A program made the translations under genes and the position numbers. This document shows positions 1 through 9,787 of a DNA stretch of 64,000 nt, one piece after another. This DNA is from an uncultured Verrucomicrobiae bacterium. GTDB lineage: Bacteria > Verrucomicrobiota > Verrucomicrobiia > Chthoniobacterales > JAFAMB01. The stretch is taken from assembly GCA_963762565.1 (NCBI GenBank), contig CAVXLD010000007.1, positions 192,001 through 256,000 of the forward strand, written 5' to 3'. A model generated the notes under the pieces. The model did no database searches. It saw only the letters and a list, made by a program, of their open reading frames with translations, and was not told the origin of the DNA. The first letter of the stretch is position 1; every line of letters begins with the position of its first letter.

Positions 1-2
1 TG

Positions 3-899
3 CTTCAGGCCAAGCCCGATGACGAGAATGCCCTGCGCTATCGCGCCTTTGGTTATATCGAGAAAAAAGAGCCGGACAAGGCGATCGATGATCTAACCAA
101 ACTGATCACGGCTCACCCGGACGATTCCCAGAACTATATTACGCGGGCCAAGGTCTACGCCGCCAGTGGGAAATGGCAGGAAGCGATTGACGATTATAGC
201 AAGGTGCTAGCGAAAAATCCGAAAGATCCGAATGCTCTCTGGGCCCAAGCGCTGGCTTATTTGCGCACGAACAATCCGGCTAAAGAGTTGGAAGACCTCA
301 ATGCCCTCATTGCGGTGAATCCGCACAATCTGGAGGCAGTGAAGGAGCGCGCGGAAAACTACCGCCGAGCAGGGGACAACGACAAGGCAATCGCGGATTA
401 TACGCAGGCGCTTCAACTCCAGTCAAAGGATGCATCGCTTTATGCCGGGCGAGCTTTCGCTGAGTTAAAGAAGAGTGACAAGACGAATGCGCTCAACGAT
501 TTCAACAAGGCGATCGAATTGGCGCCTGATAACAGTGACTACTACACGGGACGCGCCTACATCTACGTAACGAGCGGGGATGCGACCAAAGCGGTTGGCG
601 ATTTTAATCGGCTGATCGCACTTAAGCCAGACAACGCGGATTTGTATGTGCACCGCGGAGATGTGTATTCAAAGCTCAAGCAATGGGACCAAGCGGGCGC
701 GGACTACGAAAAGGCTCTTTCCTTGGAGCCGAACAACTACTTAGCGCTGGCCGGTAAAGGATATGTAATGGGGCAAAAAGGGGATGTTCGAGCAGGCGCC
801 GACCTGCTCCAGAAGGCCTTGCAGCAGGCGACCGATCCGGATCACAAGGAAGAAATCCGGGTCATGCTACGTGATATTGGGGTGGGACCGCAGCTCTGA
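3..899 (+). CDS. Tetratricopeptide repeat protein (5'-partial)
   Basis: Frame is open from nt 3 (LQAKPDDENALRYRAFGY...). Serial TPR motifs such as AIADYTQALQLQ, ALNDFNKAIELAP, AGADYEKALSLEP. Confidence 0.9.
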   Translation, partial: LQAKPDDENALRYRAFGYIEKKEPDKAIDDLTKLITAHPDDSQNYITRAKVYAASGKWQEAIDDYSKVLAKNPKDPNALWAQALAYLRTNNPAKELEDLNALIAVNPHNLEAVKERAENYRRAGDNDKAIADYTQALQLQSKDASLYAGRAFAELKKSDKTNALNDFNKAIELAPDNSDYYTGRAYIYVTSGDATKAVGDFNRLIALKPDNADLYVHRGDVYSKLKQWDQAGADYEKALSLEPNNYLALAGKGYVMGQKGDVRAGADLLQKALQQATDPDHKEEIRVMLRDIGVGPQL

Positions 900-1072
900 T
901 GGTGAGAAGTGAGAAGTGATTGGTGAGAGGTGGCGGGAAAGGAGCTAGGAGCTAGGAGACGGCGTCGCCGCGGGGAGACATATAGGTCCTATGTGTCCCA
1001 TAGGTCCCATCCAAGCCACCCCATACGACAATCATCAACGAATCGCTTTCTTTATCCCCTCGGTTTCCCCTT

Positions 1073-1663
1073 CTAGCTCCCAGCTCCTTCTTCCGGAACG
1101 ACCTCAAATCTCTCCAGCGACGCCGTAATTTTCTCCATGGGCAGACCGACGACGTTGGTGAATGAGCCGCTGATACTTTCGATGATGGAACCCGGGTCGG
1201 TCTGGGCCGCGTAGCCCCCGGCCTTATCCAGCGGGTCTATGCGGCTGAGGTAGTCCTCGATTTCTGGGGCGGCTAATTTTCGAAACGTGACTTCGGTTTG
1301 AGCGACCTCGTAGCAAAGGCGCGATTGGGCGTAGCTGACGATAGCTGCCCCGGTGAAAACGGAGTGGGTGCGTCCGGAAAGTTCTTCCAGGAATGATCGT
1401 GCTTCCGGCAGATCTTTTGGTTTGCCGAATTTCTTGTTGCCGAGCGCGACGATGGTATCCGCGGCCAACACCACGGCCTTAGGGTGTCTGGGTGCAACTG
1501 CGAAAGCTTTCCGTCGAGCATTGAAAAGAGTTAGTTCGCATGGAGTCAGAAAATCGACAAACAACTCTGTTACCGCGCTGGTTACGACCGTGAACTGGTA
1601 ACCAGCCTCAGCCAATAGATCCGCTCGCCGGATTGAGCCTGACGCCAGGATGAGTGCTCTCAC
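1073..1663 (-). CDS. maf: Maf family nucleoside triphosphate pyrophosphatase
   Basis: LILASGSIRRADLL, AADTIV, GKPKD, DKAGGY and NVVGLP motifs. Confidence 0.93.
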   Translation of the reverse strand: MRALILASGSIRRADLLAEAGYQFTVVTSAVTELFVDFLTPCELTLFNARRKAFAVAPRHPKAVVLAADTIVALGNKKFGKPKDLPEARSFLEELSGRTHSVFTGAAIVSYAQSRLCYEVAQTEVTFRKLAAPEIEDYLSRIDPLDKAGGYAAQTDPGSIIESISGSFTNVVGLPMEKITASLERFEVVPEEGAGS

Positions 1664-2361
1664 GGTTGAGATGGTGAGGTAGTCGCACTAGGAACCGGCG
1701 ACGGACTAGGCTTTAGCTCGACATAACCCTCGGGAATGGCGAACTCGGATTCGCTCAATGTCGATTGCTGAACATAATCGACCGTCGTGACGACTGGTTG
1801 TCCGAGCACTTCGATCGTCGTGCGGATCGGCATTCCGGGGTATTTGTCGGGGGGAATGGAAAGAGCTCTGAAAAGGTTTAGCCCGGGCGCATTCTGGGCG
1901 GCATACAGCGCGCTAAGCAGGGCCTGATAGTTGGGAAAATCTTTGGCAACTTGTACACGAACAGGCAGGCCGGCGATCTTGCCGACAAATTCATCAGTGT
2001 CGTAGCCGTTAATCTGTTCCTTCTTGCCGGTGGGTTGAAAATCGACCGTCTCTTCGTTGCCGGTTTGTTGAGAAAGGAGCTTCTTTAGCGCATTCCCTTC
2101 GGCCCCGAGTTCATCCGCTTTCACGCTGAGAAACATCTTGGTTTGATGCAAGAGGATCGTAGTGACTCCTGACTGTGTATCCAGGAGTGCGGTCGTTTCC
2201 GGGTTAGCATCAATCCGGCAATGATTGTCTTTCAGTTTTATGGTGACGTCTTGATTCCGACCGAGGTTTTGTACGGTCTCCTTAACAACGAAGTCCGCCC
2301 AACTGTTCTGGACGCATAGTGCAAATAGAAGTGCGGCAAAGACGAACAATTGCATAAGCAA
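1660..2361 (-). CDS. Exported DUF4412-like protein
   Basis: Signal peptide; PTGKKEQINGYDTDEF and FAIPEGYVE motifs; overlaps the maf start. Confidence 0.7.
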   Translation of the reverse strand: MLMQLFVFAALLFALCVQNSWADFVVKETVQNLGRNQDVTIKLKDNHCRIDANPETTALLDTQSGVTTILLHQTKMFLSVKADELGAEGNALKKLLSQQTGNEETVDFQPTGKKEQINGYDTDEFVGKIAGLPVRVQVAKDFPNYQALLSALYAAQNAPGLNLFRALSIPPDKYPGMPIRTTIEVLGQPVVTTVDYVQQSTLSESEFAIPEGYVELKPSPSPVPSATTSPSQP

Positions 2362-2418
2362 GAGGTGGACTAGTCAACCTATAAGAAAAGTTCGATGGGA
2401 CAAGTGGGTGCCCACACA

Positions 2419-3876
2419 TCACTCGGCCGGACTTTTCACCAATACGACCAGATCAAAGGGTTCCGGAAGGGGGAGCATAAATCGCGCTGGTGACCGTCGT
2501 ACCTTCCATCGGGAGAAATCGAACCCGGAAATGGGGACCTGTTTCCAGCTCGGATCGACTGCGATCTGGGCCAAATCCGTTTTGGTAACTACACACACGG
2601 CGGAAGGTGCGCTCTCCAAGAAATGAGCAACTTCCGGCGGAGACAGGTGAACTAGGAACGGCTTAACCGAGTACCGGAAATACCAAACCAGGCTTTGTTC
2701 ATCGTAAGTAGCGTACGCCACGCGGGTTTCCGGGTTGAGGGATTGCTTTACACCTTCGTATGCCGACCTGGAGGGGAAATAGGGAGCGATCCAGGAGAAT
2801 CCGACGAGGGCGACCAACACATAAAGGGCGACCGTCCCGGCGGCTAGCCGACGAGCGAGAACGCCAGGATTCAGCGTTTTAGCAACTAGGATCGCTAGAA
2901 GCGGAAAGGCCGGCAACGTGTAGTGCGGCAGTTTGGTCTGGATCAGGGTGAATACGAGAAAAACCGGGACAATGCCGCTTAGGAGATAGCGTTCGGGTAG
3001 ACCCACGCCTCGCCTGAGGCGCGCCAAGGTGACGGGCAGATAAATGCACCAAGGAAAAAAGCTTAGGAAAATTGTGACCAGATAGAACGGGAGCGAAAGC
3101 ACATAACCGATGAGACCATTCCCGCCATGGCTCTGCATCGGAGCGAGGGATCGCTCCACAACGTGGCGGCCGATCCCGATGGCAAAGAACTCGCCTTTAG
3201 TGGCGATTAACGCGGGGATACCCCAAGCGCCTACGATCAGTATCAAAAGGACCGTGCCCAAACAGGCTGACCCGACATGAAATGAGAACCCCTTCCTTTG
3301 GGAGAGATAAAAAATGGCAGGGAACAAGATGGGCAGCAACGCAATCGGGCCCTTGGCTAAGAACCCAAGAGCCAGAGAGATATAGAACGCGAACCAAAGC
3401 CAGCGCGATTTGGGCTTAGTTAATCTTTCCCACGCGATCCAGGTGGCGCTCAGGAAAAAAAAGATCATGGGCATATCAGCGACAGCCGCCCGGCCGTGGA
3501 TGAATAGCTGGAGACAAGTGCCAAAGATGATTCCGGACCAGAGACCGATTTTGGGCCCGTAGAGACGAGCCCCCCACATGGCGCTGAGAACGGCCGTGGC
3601 TGCAGCGAAAAGCACTGATGGGAAACGGACCGAGAAGTCGCTCTCACCGAGCAGCTGTCCGCTACCGACCTGACACCAGTAAATCAATGGCGGCTTATCG
3701 AAACGGTACTCTCCGTTGACGCGAGGGATGACAAAGTCGCCGCTTTGACGCATCTCGCGAGACGCCTCGGCAAAGCGGGGTTCGTCCCGATCAATAAGGG
3801 GGAGGGTGTTGTTCCCGAGCGAATCGATGATTGCGACCGCAACGAAAAGGAGCAAAAGGTGGAGCGGTCGAATCAT
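2419..3876 (-). CDS. ArnT/PMT-like GT-C membrane glycosyltransferase
   Basis: DRDEPRFAEASREM, FDKPPLIYW, LAKGP and TKLPHY motifs; many TM helices. Confidence 0.9.
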   Translation of the reverse strand: MIRPLHLLLLFVAVAIIDSLGNNTLPLIDRDEPRFAEASREMRQSGDFVIPRVNGEYRFDKPPLIYWCQVGSGQLLGESDFSVRFPSVLFAAATAVLSAMWGARLYGPKIGLWSGIIFGTCLQLFIHGRAAVADMPMIFFFLSATWIAWERLTKPKSRWLWFAFYISLALGFLAKGPIALLPILFPAIFYLSQRKGFSFHVGSACLGTVLLILIVGAWGIPALIATKGEFFAIGIGRHVVERSLAPMQSHGGNGLIGYVLSLPFYLVTIFLSFFPWCIYLPVTLARLRRGVGLPERYLLSGIVPVFLVFTLIQTKLPHYTLPAFPLLAILVAKTLNPGVLARRLAAGTVALYVLVALVGFSWIAPYFPSRSAYEGVKQSLNPETRVAYATYDEQSLVWYFRYSVKPFLVHLSPPEVAHFLESAPSAVCVVTKTDLAQIAVDPSWKQVPISGFDFSRWKVRRSPARFMLPLPEPFDLVVLVKSPAE

Positions 3877-4004
3877 TAGCCTGCATTTCTCACAGCATCC
3901 ACCCAGCGGCCGAACTCAGTTTGAAGCGTTCCTGCTGTGAGAAATGCAGGCTGCGGGACGAGTCGGTCGACAAATCTGTCAACCAATGTGACAGAGTTGT
4001 TCAG

Positions 4005-4694
4005 ATGGAATCTCACAGAGCACAACCTTCGCGACAAAACCCGCCACGCACGGCGGCTCTGCCTGTGTGGCTCGATCCGTTGATCTGGTTGTTTATTTTG
4101 ATCGTGGTGGCCTGCCTGGGATTTTATTTCGACCAAACGGTCGTCAGAGCGATCGCGGGTCATCAGATAACCTGGCTGGAGCACGTCGCTGGGATCATTT
4201 CGAAATTTGGAGATTGGCCTGAGCTAATGGGGTATGCGGCGGTCGCATTGATCGGAGTGGGCTTCGCTCGAAAACGGACTTTGGTCAAAGTGATTCTCTG
4301 TATGATGATCGCGGGCACCTTAGCCGGGGCTCTGACCAATAGTGTGCGATTACTTTCCGGGAGAGCGCGTCCGAATAATTACGAAGTCCCGCCGGGCTGG
4401 TACGGACTGTGGTATCAGGGTCAATGGCTACTGGGAAAATACAAGTTTCATTCTTTTCCCTCTGGGCACACCGCCACAGCGTTTGCTTTTTTTGGAGTAA
4501 TCGGCTTTGCCTATCGACGTCGCTGGGCCTGGAGTTTTCTGGCGCTGGCCGGCGTGATCGGTTGGTCGCGCCTGTATATCAACGCCCACTTTTTCTCGGA
4601 CGTCCTGGTTGGCCTGGTGGTTGGGCTCTTTTTCGCGCAACTGACGTGGGAGCGAGCAGGGCCGGTTGTGCAGAAGGTGATTGGTGATTGGTGA
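4005..4694 (+). CDS. PAP2 family phosphatase
   Basis: GRARP, SFPSGH and SRLYINAHFFSDV motifs. ATG 4005 chosen to avoid overlap with the divergent gene. Confidence 0.88.
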   Translation: MESHRAQPSRQNPPRTAALPVWLDPLIWLFILIVVACLGFYFDQTVVRAIAGHQITWLEHVAGIISKFGDWPELMGYAAVALIGVGFARKRTLVKVILCMMIAGTLAGALTNSVRLLSGRARPNNYEVPPGWYGLWYQGQWLLGKYKFHSFPSGHTATAFAFFGVIGFAYRRRWAWSFLALAGVIGWSRLYINAHFFSDVLVGLVVGLFFAQLTWERAGPVVQKVIGDW

Positions 4695-4792
4695 TTGGTA
4701 GGATCTCGCACCTACCGAACCAGGAGAGCTAGCGTTTCTGGTTAGCGACAAACAGTAGGAACTCGTCCCCCCACCAATCACCAATTCACTAA

Positions 4793-5930
4793 TCACACTT
4801 CATCGTCCGCGCCTTTCTTATTAGTCAGGCCGCGGAGTTTGCCTTCGATGAATTCATCGAGGTCGCCGTCCATGACGGCTTGGACGTTGCTAGTCTCGAC
4901 GCCGGTACGGTGGTCTTTGACCATCTGGTAAGGTTGGAAAACATAGGACCGAATTTGGCTTCCCCAGGCGATTTCGCCTTTCTCACCGTATTGCCGGTCA
5001 ATTTCGGCCTGTTTTTTGTCCTGCTCGATCTGGAGCAGTTTGGCTTTCAACATGTTTAGGGCCATTTGCCGGTTTCGTCCCTGGCTACGTTCGGCCTGAC
5101 AAGCGACTACTAAACCGGTCGGCACGTGGGTAATCCGGACCGCAGTCTCCACCTTGTTTACGTTTTGGCCGCCCTTTCCTCCACTCCTGAAGGTGTCGAT
5201 TAAGAGATCGCTCTCGTTGACTTCGATGTTTACGTCTTCTTTGAGCTCGGGTACCACATCGACGCTGGCAAAGGAGGTATGCCGGCGTTTATTCGCATCA
5301 AAGGGAGAAATGCGTACCAGGCGATGAACCCCGCGTTCTGTCTGTAAATAGCCGTACGCGTATTCACCGCTGACCAAAATAGTGACCGATTTTACACCGG
5401 CCTCGTCTCCCTCTTGGATATCAACGATCTGGTTGGAAAATCCGCTGCGTTCCGTCCAGCGCTGAAACATCCGAAGCAGCATATCGGCCCAATCGCAAGA
5501 CTCTGTGCCTCCGGCTCCGGCGTGGATGGTCAGGAACGCGTTGTTTTTGTCGAACTCGCCAGCCAACAGCATCTTCAATTCGAAAGCCTCGAGCTCTTTG
5601 CTCAAGGTTTCATACTCTCCGCTGACCTCACGAAAAGCGGTTGATTGGCTCGTCGGATCGGTTTCTTCTTTTGCCAGAGAAAGAAGCACTTCCAGGTCGT
5701 CCGCTTTTTCGGTCAATTGCGAAAAAGGCAAGGTCTTCGAACGCACGGAAGACGCTTCATCGATAACCTGCTGGGCGCGTTCTTTATTGTCCCAGAAGCC
5801 GGGTTCCGCCATGCTCGATTCAAGCTCGCTGAGCCGGGCTTTCAGCTTCGGGTAGTCAAAGATACCTCCGAAGTTCGCCTAAACGGCTCTTCAGGTCTTC
5901 GACTTTGATGGCTTGAAAATCGACTTCCAT
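4793..5930 (-). CDS. prfB: Peptide chain release factor 2 with programmed +1 frameshift
   Basis: SPF and GGQ motifs. The upstream mini-ORF MEVDFQ...RRYL ends at GGAGGTAT-CTT-TGA-C (5855-5869, minus strand) and continues in the +1 frame as [22 protein letters not shown]. Confidence 0.97.
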
Positions 5931-6092
5931 AGAGCCGGTACTGTGCTTCCAAACGAAAGGAGTGTAAAGGGAGCGAATGGGCGCACCGGCGAAAGGGCTT
6001 GGCAAGCGTAACCCCTTTTCCCTAGATTCGTCTAAAGGAGGAAGCTGAGAGGAAATGTTCTTCACACGCTGGCCCCCAAAATACCCAGAGAA

Positions 6093-6536
6093 ATGAATAC
6101 ATCGAAATCATTGATTGCGGTCGCACTACAGATTGCGGCCTGTGCTGGTCTGCTTCCAAAAGATGGCAAAGCGAGTCCCATCAATGCAGGGGCCAGTAAT
6201 GATGCCCGAATTGGCGACCGAGTAGCCAGAGTAAGGCAACTGCTTTCTCAGACCGCGGACGAACAATTAACTGGCGTTAGAGAAGTAAACGGAGTCCGAG
6301 TAAACTGGGCGGACTGGCACAAAGGCGGCCACGGCGGTTGGGGTAACGGCGGCCGTTGGGGAAATGGAGGCAGAGGAGGTTACCACTGGGGAAATGGAGG
6401 CAGAGGAGCTTGGGGCAATGGTGGCTGGGGTAATGGCGGCGGCTTCCGAATTCCGTTCGGTTGGGCCAATATAGGATGGCCGAATGGAGGCATTGTGGTA
6501 GCGCCGGGCTGGCACAAGTACTGGTGGAATCGCTAG
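6093..6536 (+). CDS. grrA: Gly-rich RiPP precursor, GrrA/OscA-like (triceptide/cyclophane)
   Basis: Hydrophobic N-terminus, helical DRVARVRQLL leader segment, and a core with 5x WGN plus WAN, WPN, WWN, WAD and 2x WHK. Lies directly upstream of the rSAM/SPASM gene. Confidence 0.85.
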   Translation: MNTSKSLIAVALQIAACAGLLPKDGKASPINAGASNDARIGDRVARVRQLLSQTADEQLTGVREVNGVRVNWADWHKGGHGGWGNGGRWGNGGRGGYHWGNGGRGAWGNGGWGNGGGFRIPFGWANIGWPNGGIVVAPGWHKYWWNR

Positions 6537-6657
6537 TCCACTAAGGGTTTTACGTTCTAGGTTGTAGGTTTTAGGTTCTAAGTTATTATCGCGGCGCTTC
6601 GCCTTTCCCGAAGCCGAAACTTGGAACCTTTAACTTAAAACTTCTAACCCGTAACCG

Positions 6658-7839
6658 ATGAGTATGGAGGTGTCGCCTGTCGAGTTGCTGATCTTTCAGC
6701 CAACGCCGTTCTGCAACCTTAATTGCACTTATTGCTATCTACCCGATCGCAAAGACAAACGGGTCATGGATGTTGGGATCGTCCGGACCACTGTGGAGAA
6801 GCTGAAGGAAGAACAGCTTCTTGCACCCGGCCTGGGAATTATCTGGCACGCGGGCGAGCCAACGGTGGTCCGCCCAGAGCAGTATGCGGCTTATTTCGCA
6901 CCGATTCGCGAAGTGCTCGGGGACTTAGAATATGTGCAACACTTCCAAACCAACGGCACGCTGATTGATGATCACTGGTGCGATTTTATCGCTGAGCATC
7001 AAATTGCAGTCGGTGTCAGTATTGACGGGCCCGATTACATTCACGACCGCTCTAGAAAATCCTGGAGCGGTCGCGGGACACTCGACAAGACGTTGCGCGG
7101 GATCCAAGCGTTGAAGAAACATGGCATCCCTTTCCACACGATTTCCGTGATCGGCGAGGCGTCTCTTGGTCACGCCAAAGAAATCTATGATTTTCTGGTC
7201 TCTCTGGAACCGGTTCTGATTGGGTTCAACGTCGAGGAACAGGAAGGCGTCAATCGGACCTCGACCCTGACAAATCGGTCTGATCGCGTAGAACGGTTCT
7301 TCCAAGAGCTCTACGATTGCGCCCGGGAAAACGCCTTTGAACCGCCGATCCGCGAGTTTGAAAATGCCTGTGGCGCTATCGCCGCGGGTGGCGGCAGCGG
7401 CACCAACCAGCAGGTTTATCCGTACGGAATATTGACGGTTTCAGTCGATGGCGCCTTTACGACGTTCTCACCTGAACTGCTGGGAATGAGTGCGAAGAAG
7501 TACGGAGCACTCGAAATCGGAAATGTTAAAACCGACTCTTTCCGAGGGGCATTACAGACTCCAAAATACCACCAGTTAGCTTCTGATATCTTTGCGGGCG
7601 TAAAACGTTGTGAAGAGACCTGCGAGTATTTCGACGTTTGCGGTGGCGGTGCCCCAGCTAACAAGCTATTTGAAACCGGCAGTTTTGCAGTGGCCGAGAC
7701 CAATTTTTGCGAGCAGCACCTGAAGATACCGGTTCGAATCGTGCTCAATGACCTGGAGACGACGTTGGCCGGAGCCGGCAAGGCTTTCCCGGTGCCGAAG
7801 TCCGGTGACAAAGGGCATCGGATTAGTCAGTGGGAATAG
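6658..7839 (+). CDS. grrM: Radical SAM/SPASM peptide maturase, GrrM/OscB-like
   Basis: QPTPFCNLNCTYCYLPDR (CxxxCxxC), WHAGEP, QTNGTLI, VSIDGP, TFSPELLG and SPASM CEETCEYFDVCGGGAPAN...FC. Confidence 0.88.
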   Translation: MSMEVSPVELLIFQPTPFCNLNCTYCYLPDRKDKRVMDVGIVRTTVEKLKEEQLLAPGLGIIWHAGEPTVVRPEQYAAYFAPIREVLGDLEYVQHFQTNGTLIDDHWCDFIAEHQIAVGVSIDGPDYIHDRSRKSWSGRGTLDKTLRGIQALKKHGIPFHTISVIGEASLGHAKEIYDFLVSLEPVLIGFNVEEQEGVNRTSTLTNRSDRVERFFQELYDCARENAFEPPIREFENACGAIAAGGGSGTNQQVYPYGILTVSVDGAFTTFSPELLGMSAKKYGALEIGNVKTDSFRGALQTPKYHQLASDIFAGVKRCEETCEYFDVCGGGAPANKLFETGSFAVAETNFCEQHLKIPVRIVLNDLETTLAGAGKAFPVPKSGDKGHRISQWE

Positions 7840-7960
7840 CCGATCGGCGGAGGACATGGTGAAGACCGCCCGGATCGGCCACGACGGCGTCCTCGCACTC
7901 CGAGAGTGTGCCATTCTGTTCATTGGCGATCGGCTATTCGCTATCGTCCCTTGCCCGCCT

Positions 7961-9736
7961 CTACGCGCTGAACAGCTCCTGGAGCTTCTTCACTTCGTGC
8001 CGTGATACGAATTCCTTAAACGATTCGTGGTTGATCCTTTTAGCCAGATAAATCTTCAGGACCTTCTCAAGCAGGCTTGGTAGCTCGCGAAACGGAATGC
8101 CGCGGAACACTTCTCGAGCAAGAGCTTCGTTCCCGCCACTACTACCGCCAAAGAAGACGTGGTAGGCTTCCACTTGCTCGCCACCCTGACCAACCTGAAC
8201 TCCTAACAGGCCGATATCTCCGATATAATGTTGGGCGCAGGAGTGCGGACAACCGGTCAGATGAATATTGATTGGCTGGTCAAGCGAGACGCGTTTTTCC
8301 AAGTGTTTAGCCAGCTCGATAGCCTGACCCTTGGTGTTGGTGGCAGCGTATTTGCAGCCAGTGTTGCCGGTGCAGGCGATCACCCCGCCTGTGATGCTGT
8401 TCGCCTCGTAGTGCAGGCCGATTCTTAACAACGAACGTTTAACCGTCTCCACATAAGCGTCAGGCACATTAGTAATGAGCAGGTTCTGCCAAACGGTTAA
8501 CCGAAGGTCGCCGTTGCCATAGTTTTCGGCCAGGTCGGCGATACGGCGTATCTGCCGAATGCGTAACCGCCCGACCGGGATGGCGACACCGATGTAGTTC
8601 AGACCTTTCTGCCTTTGTTTATAGACGCCCAAGTGGCCATGCGCGATTGGCGGATGCGCCGGCCGGCAATCTTCGAGCGCCAGCCGTTGCAGAGGGAAAG
8701 CCAATTTCTTCTCCATCTCCTCCACAAATTTCGGTATGCCCCACTTATCGACCAGATATTTTAAGCGTGCTTTTTTCCGATTGGTCCGATCACCGTTCTC
8801 AGCGAAGACGCGAATAATAGCGGCCGCGACCGCGACGCTTTCTTCGGGTCTGACAACGATGCCGGCGTCAGCTGCAAATTGGGAATGCCCGGTGATCCCA
8901 GCCAATTGGACCCGGAAATAGACGCCGGGCGGAACGGATTTTCCTTCCGGAACTCTTACGGCAACAAACCCGATATCGTTGGTATCAGCGACGACACTGA
9001 TAGCGCCTCCGCCATCGAACCCGACATTAAACTTCCTGGGAATGTTATAGATGTCGCGGTTGTTCAAAATGTAGTAGTGAAGGGCCGTGGCGTACGGTTG
9101 GGAATCGATGAGTTCAGCCGGATCGAGGCCGGCTGTCGGAGTGGCGGTAACATTCCGGACATTGTCGACACCGGACCCCCTTGAGGTCATTCCCAGCTCC
9201 TGGAGCTTCAGGAGAACCTTCACTATGTGTCTAGGAGCGATTTCGCGGATCTGAAAATTGGCGCGCGTGGTAATGTCTGCGTAGCCCGCTCCCCAATCAT
9301 CCGCTATGCCGGCTAATCCTCGGAGCTGGTTGGCCGTGAGTCGACCAGCCGGGATACGGCACCTGAGCATAAACGAATTTTGAGTTGGAGCGACATAGAA
9401 GAGCCCGTGGTAGCGGAACCGGAAGGTGTCTGCTTTATCGGGGAACTTGTTCTCTTCGGCATGAGCCAGAAGCTTGTCCCAGATATCGAGTCCGTGTTGT
9501 TCCAGTTTCCAGATTTCCTGCTCGCACAAATCCGAGACCGGAGTTCCGAACACCGTTTCTTCGGTGGTCGGAGGCGGTGGCGCCGCTGCGTTTTCCAGGC
9601 TGGGCGCCGGCGCCGCGGTAATGCGACCGTCAGGAAGAACTCCCACAAAAGGGGTTAACTTTCGCGTGGAAAGTCCGGCAAAGAAGCCTTGTAGGTATTC
9701 TTTCTGTTCGTCGGTGAAAGCTTCTGAAACGGTCAC
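7961..9736 (-). CDS. nirA: Ferredoxin-nitrite reductase (siroheme/4Fe-4S), NirA family
   Basis: FMLRCRIP, ITTRANFQIR, PRKFN, ACTGNTGC and GCPHSC motifs; downstream of the FNT gene. Confidence 0.88.
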   Translation of the reverse strand: MTVSEAFTDEQKEYLQGFFAGLSTRKLTPFVGVLPDGRITAAPAPSLENAAAPPPPTTEETVFGTPVSDLCEQEIWKLEQHGLDIWDKLLAHAEENKFPDKADTFRFRYHGLFYVAPTQNSFMLRCRIPAGRLTANQLRGLAGIADDWGAGYADITTRANFQIREIAPRHIVKVLLKLQELGMTSRGSGVDNVRNVTATPTAGLDPAELIDSQPYATALHYYILNNRDIYNIPRKFNVGFDGGGAISVVADTNDIGFVAVRVPEGKSVPPGVYFRVQLAGITGHSQFAADAGIVVRPEESVAVAAAIIRVFAENGDRTNRKKARLKYLVDKWGIPKFVEEMEKKLAFPLQRLALEDCRPAHPPIAHGHLGVYKQRQKGLNYIGVAIPVGRLRIRQIRRIADLAENYGNGDLRLTVWQNLLITNVPDAYVETVKRSLLRIGLHYEANSITGGVIACTGNTGCKYAATNTKGQAIELAKHLEKRVSLDQPINIHLTGCPHSCAQHYIGDIGLLGVQVGQGGEQVEAYHVFFGGSSGGNEALAREVFRGIPFRELPSLLEKVLKIYLAKRINHESFKEFVSRHEVKKLQELFSA

Positions 9737-9787
9737 GGGCTTTAACCGTTCGGCGTTCGGCGTTTGGCGTTTGGCGTTTGGCGTTGC

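Noticed and set aside
5856..6065. Separate 69-aa ORF or prfB pseudogene
   Set aside because: It is the pre-frameshift segment of prfB.
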